Source: Longimicrobium sp. (GTDB taxonomy: Bacteria > Gemmatimonadota > Gemmatimonadetes > Longimicrobiales > Longimicrobiaceae). Taken from it: a stretch of DNA of 64,000 nucleotides. The stretch is from positions 1 through 64,000 of the forward strand of contig NZ_DASWMD010000058.1 in the NCBI RefSeq assembly GCF_036399935.1. The letters are read 5' to 3'. Under the pieces are notes generated by a model. The model searched no databases, had not been told where the DNA came from, and worked only from the letters and a program-made list of their open reading frames with translations. Position numbers and translations under genes: made by a program. Below are positions 63,261 through 64,000 of this stretch, piece after piece; the stretch's first letter is position 1; each line of letters starts with the position of its first letter.

Positions 63261-64000
63261 TTATATGGTGAGTATCCGTCCGCGCGCGTCCACATGCCCT
63301 GCCGCCGTGAGGGCGTCGTTCAGGCTATCCCGGTACACAGAGAACGGAGATGAGTTTGATCGTCGGTCCCATGTAAACCCGAACACCCACGTGACCATCG
63401 AAGCAAAGCCACTATGGCCCCCATAACGGAGATTGTACGGCGTTCTAAGACGCCAGCCTTCTGCATGCACAAGCTGAGTGATCTTCTTAGGAACAAATAC
63501 CATGAGTAACTTTTGCTTCTCGTCAGCTGAAAGTCCAGATAAATCGTCCGCCCCGCACGCCAGAATAGCCGCGTATAGTGACCCACCAAGCACCTGCTGT
63601 GCTGCTAGGCCAAACCGGGGTTCACGGTTGAAGTTCTCAGCCAGAAATTCTTGCATTGGCTTCCAAACCTCCGGCGGCCAATTAAGGTCCCCATTCAATG
63701 TCAGGCAGAGGCACCAATCCAGCCGAGGTGATTCACTATGGATCTCGCAAAGCTTCCGGATCCACGTTAAAACCGGGAAGGATATCCGCCCATCTGACGA
63801 GAGGTCCGCATCAAGTGGTGTAGTCAAATCCAGGTTGATGATGGACGCGCGGAGCATTGCGCGGAGTTTTTTCTCCGGAAAGCTCATCATACCTGTACCA
63901 CGGATCAGGCTATGGAATGACTCACCATACGTGCGTAAACCAGGGAATTTCCGGCGAAGAGCCAACTCAGCACCAGGACTACTCTCAACAGCAACCACGA
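63261..64000 (-). CDS. Hypothetical protein, 5' end probably beyond the window
   Basis: Ordinary composition in lower-GC DNA. The ORF reaches the window edge. Confidence 0.45.
   Translation of the reverse strand, partial: VVAVESSPGAELALRRKFPGLRTYGESFHSLIRGTGMMSFPEKKLRAMLRASIINLDLTTPLDADLSSDGRISFPVLTWIRKLCEIHSESPRLDWCLCLTLNGDLNWPPEVWKPMQEFLAENFNREPRFGLAAQQVLGGSLYAAILACGADDLSGLSADEKQKLLMVFVPKKITQLVHAEGWRLRTPYNLRYGGHSGFASMVTWVFGFTWDRRSNSSPFSVYRDSLNDALTAAGHVDARGRILTI

Noticed and set aside
1-64000. CRISPR arrays, rRNA genes, intact tRNA genes
   Set aside because: No regularly spaced direct repeats and no rRNA-like stretches were seen. The only tRNA-like signal is the 3' fragment at about 12.33 kb. 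An RNA search tool should confirm.

Overview
The window is 64 kb at roughly 70% GC. Many lipoproteins, an OmpA-family protein, TolB/BamB-like beta-propellers and a carbohydrate-binding family 9 (CBM9)/DUF5916 protein point to a Gram-negative chromosome, possibly Gemmatimonadota-like; that taxon is a guess. I can support about 55 protein-coding genes. Most long ORFs in the six-frame track on opposite strands or in alternate frames (Arg/Ala/Gly/Pro-rich) are GC-driven artefacts. I saw no rRNA, intact tRNA or CRISPR array. Gene content, in order:
(1) A flotillin/SPFH protein with an NfeD-like partner, co-oriented with a 1796-aa AAA+ ATPase.
(2) A low-GC islet (about 12.2-15.2 kb) of small ORFs and palindromes. 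It is bracketed by a solo IS-end repeat and a frameshifted IS1595-family transposase. It carries a tRNA-3'-end-like fragment.
(3) A redox/xenobiotic block: B3 metallo-beta-lactamase-fold protein, FAD-Rieske oxidoreductase, HAD hydrolase, NmrA-like protein, ZnF-UBP protein, and a cNMP-binding thioredoxin-reductase-like protein.
(4) A translationally coupled pol-beta nucleotidyltransferase plus xylose-isomerase-like TIM-barrel pair.
(5) A NamZ-like exo-MurNAc-ase, a TLC/MFS transporter and a LytS/LytTR two-component system.
(6) The most interesting system, at 53.6-57.3 kb: a compact split lanthipeptide-type RiPP cluster. A 56-aa Cys/Ser/Thr-rich precursor is followed by a strong hairpin, then a stand-alone APH-like kinase, then a fusion of an unknown N-terminal (putative lyase) domain to a zinc-ligand-intact LanC-like cyclase. 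A frameshifted fragment of a small HTH gene that has three other copies in the window sits just upstream.
Several short repeat families occur, including IS-end copies, REP-like hairpins and an 80-bp intergenic repeat. A second Cys-rich mini-ORF lies beside an M1 peptidase.
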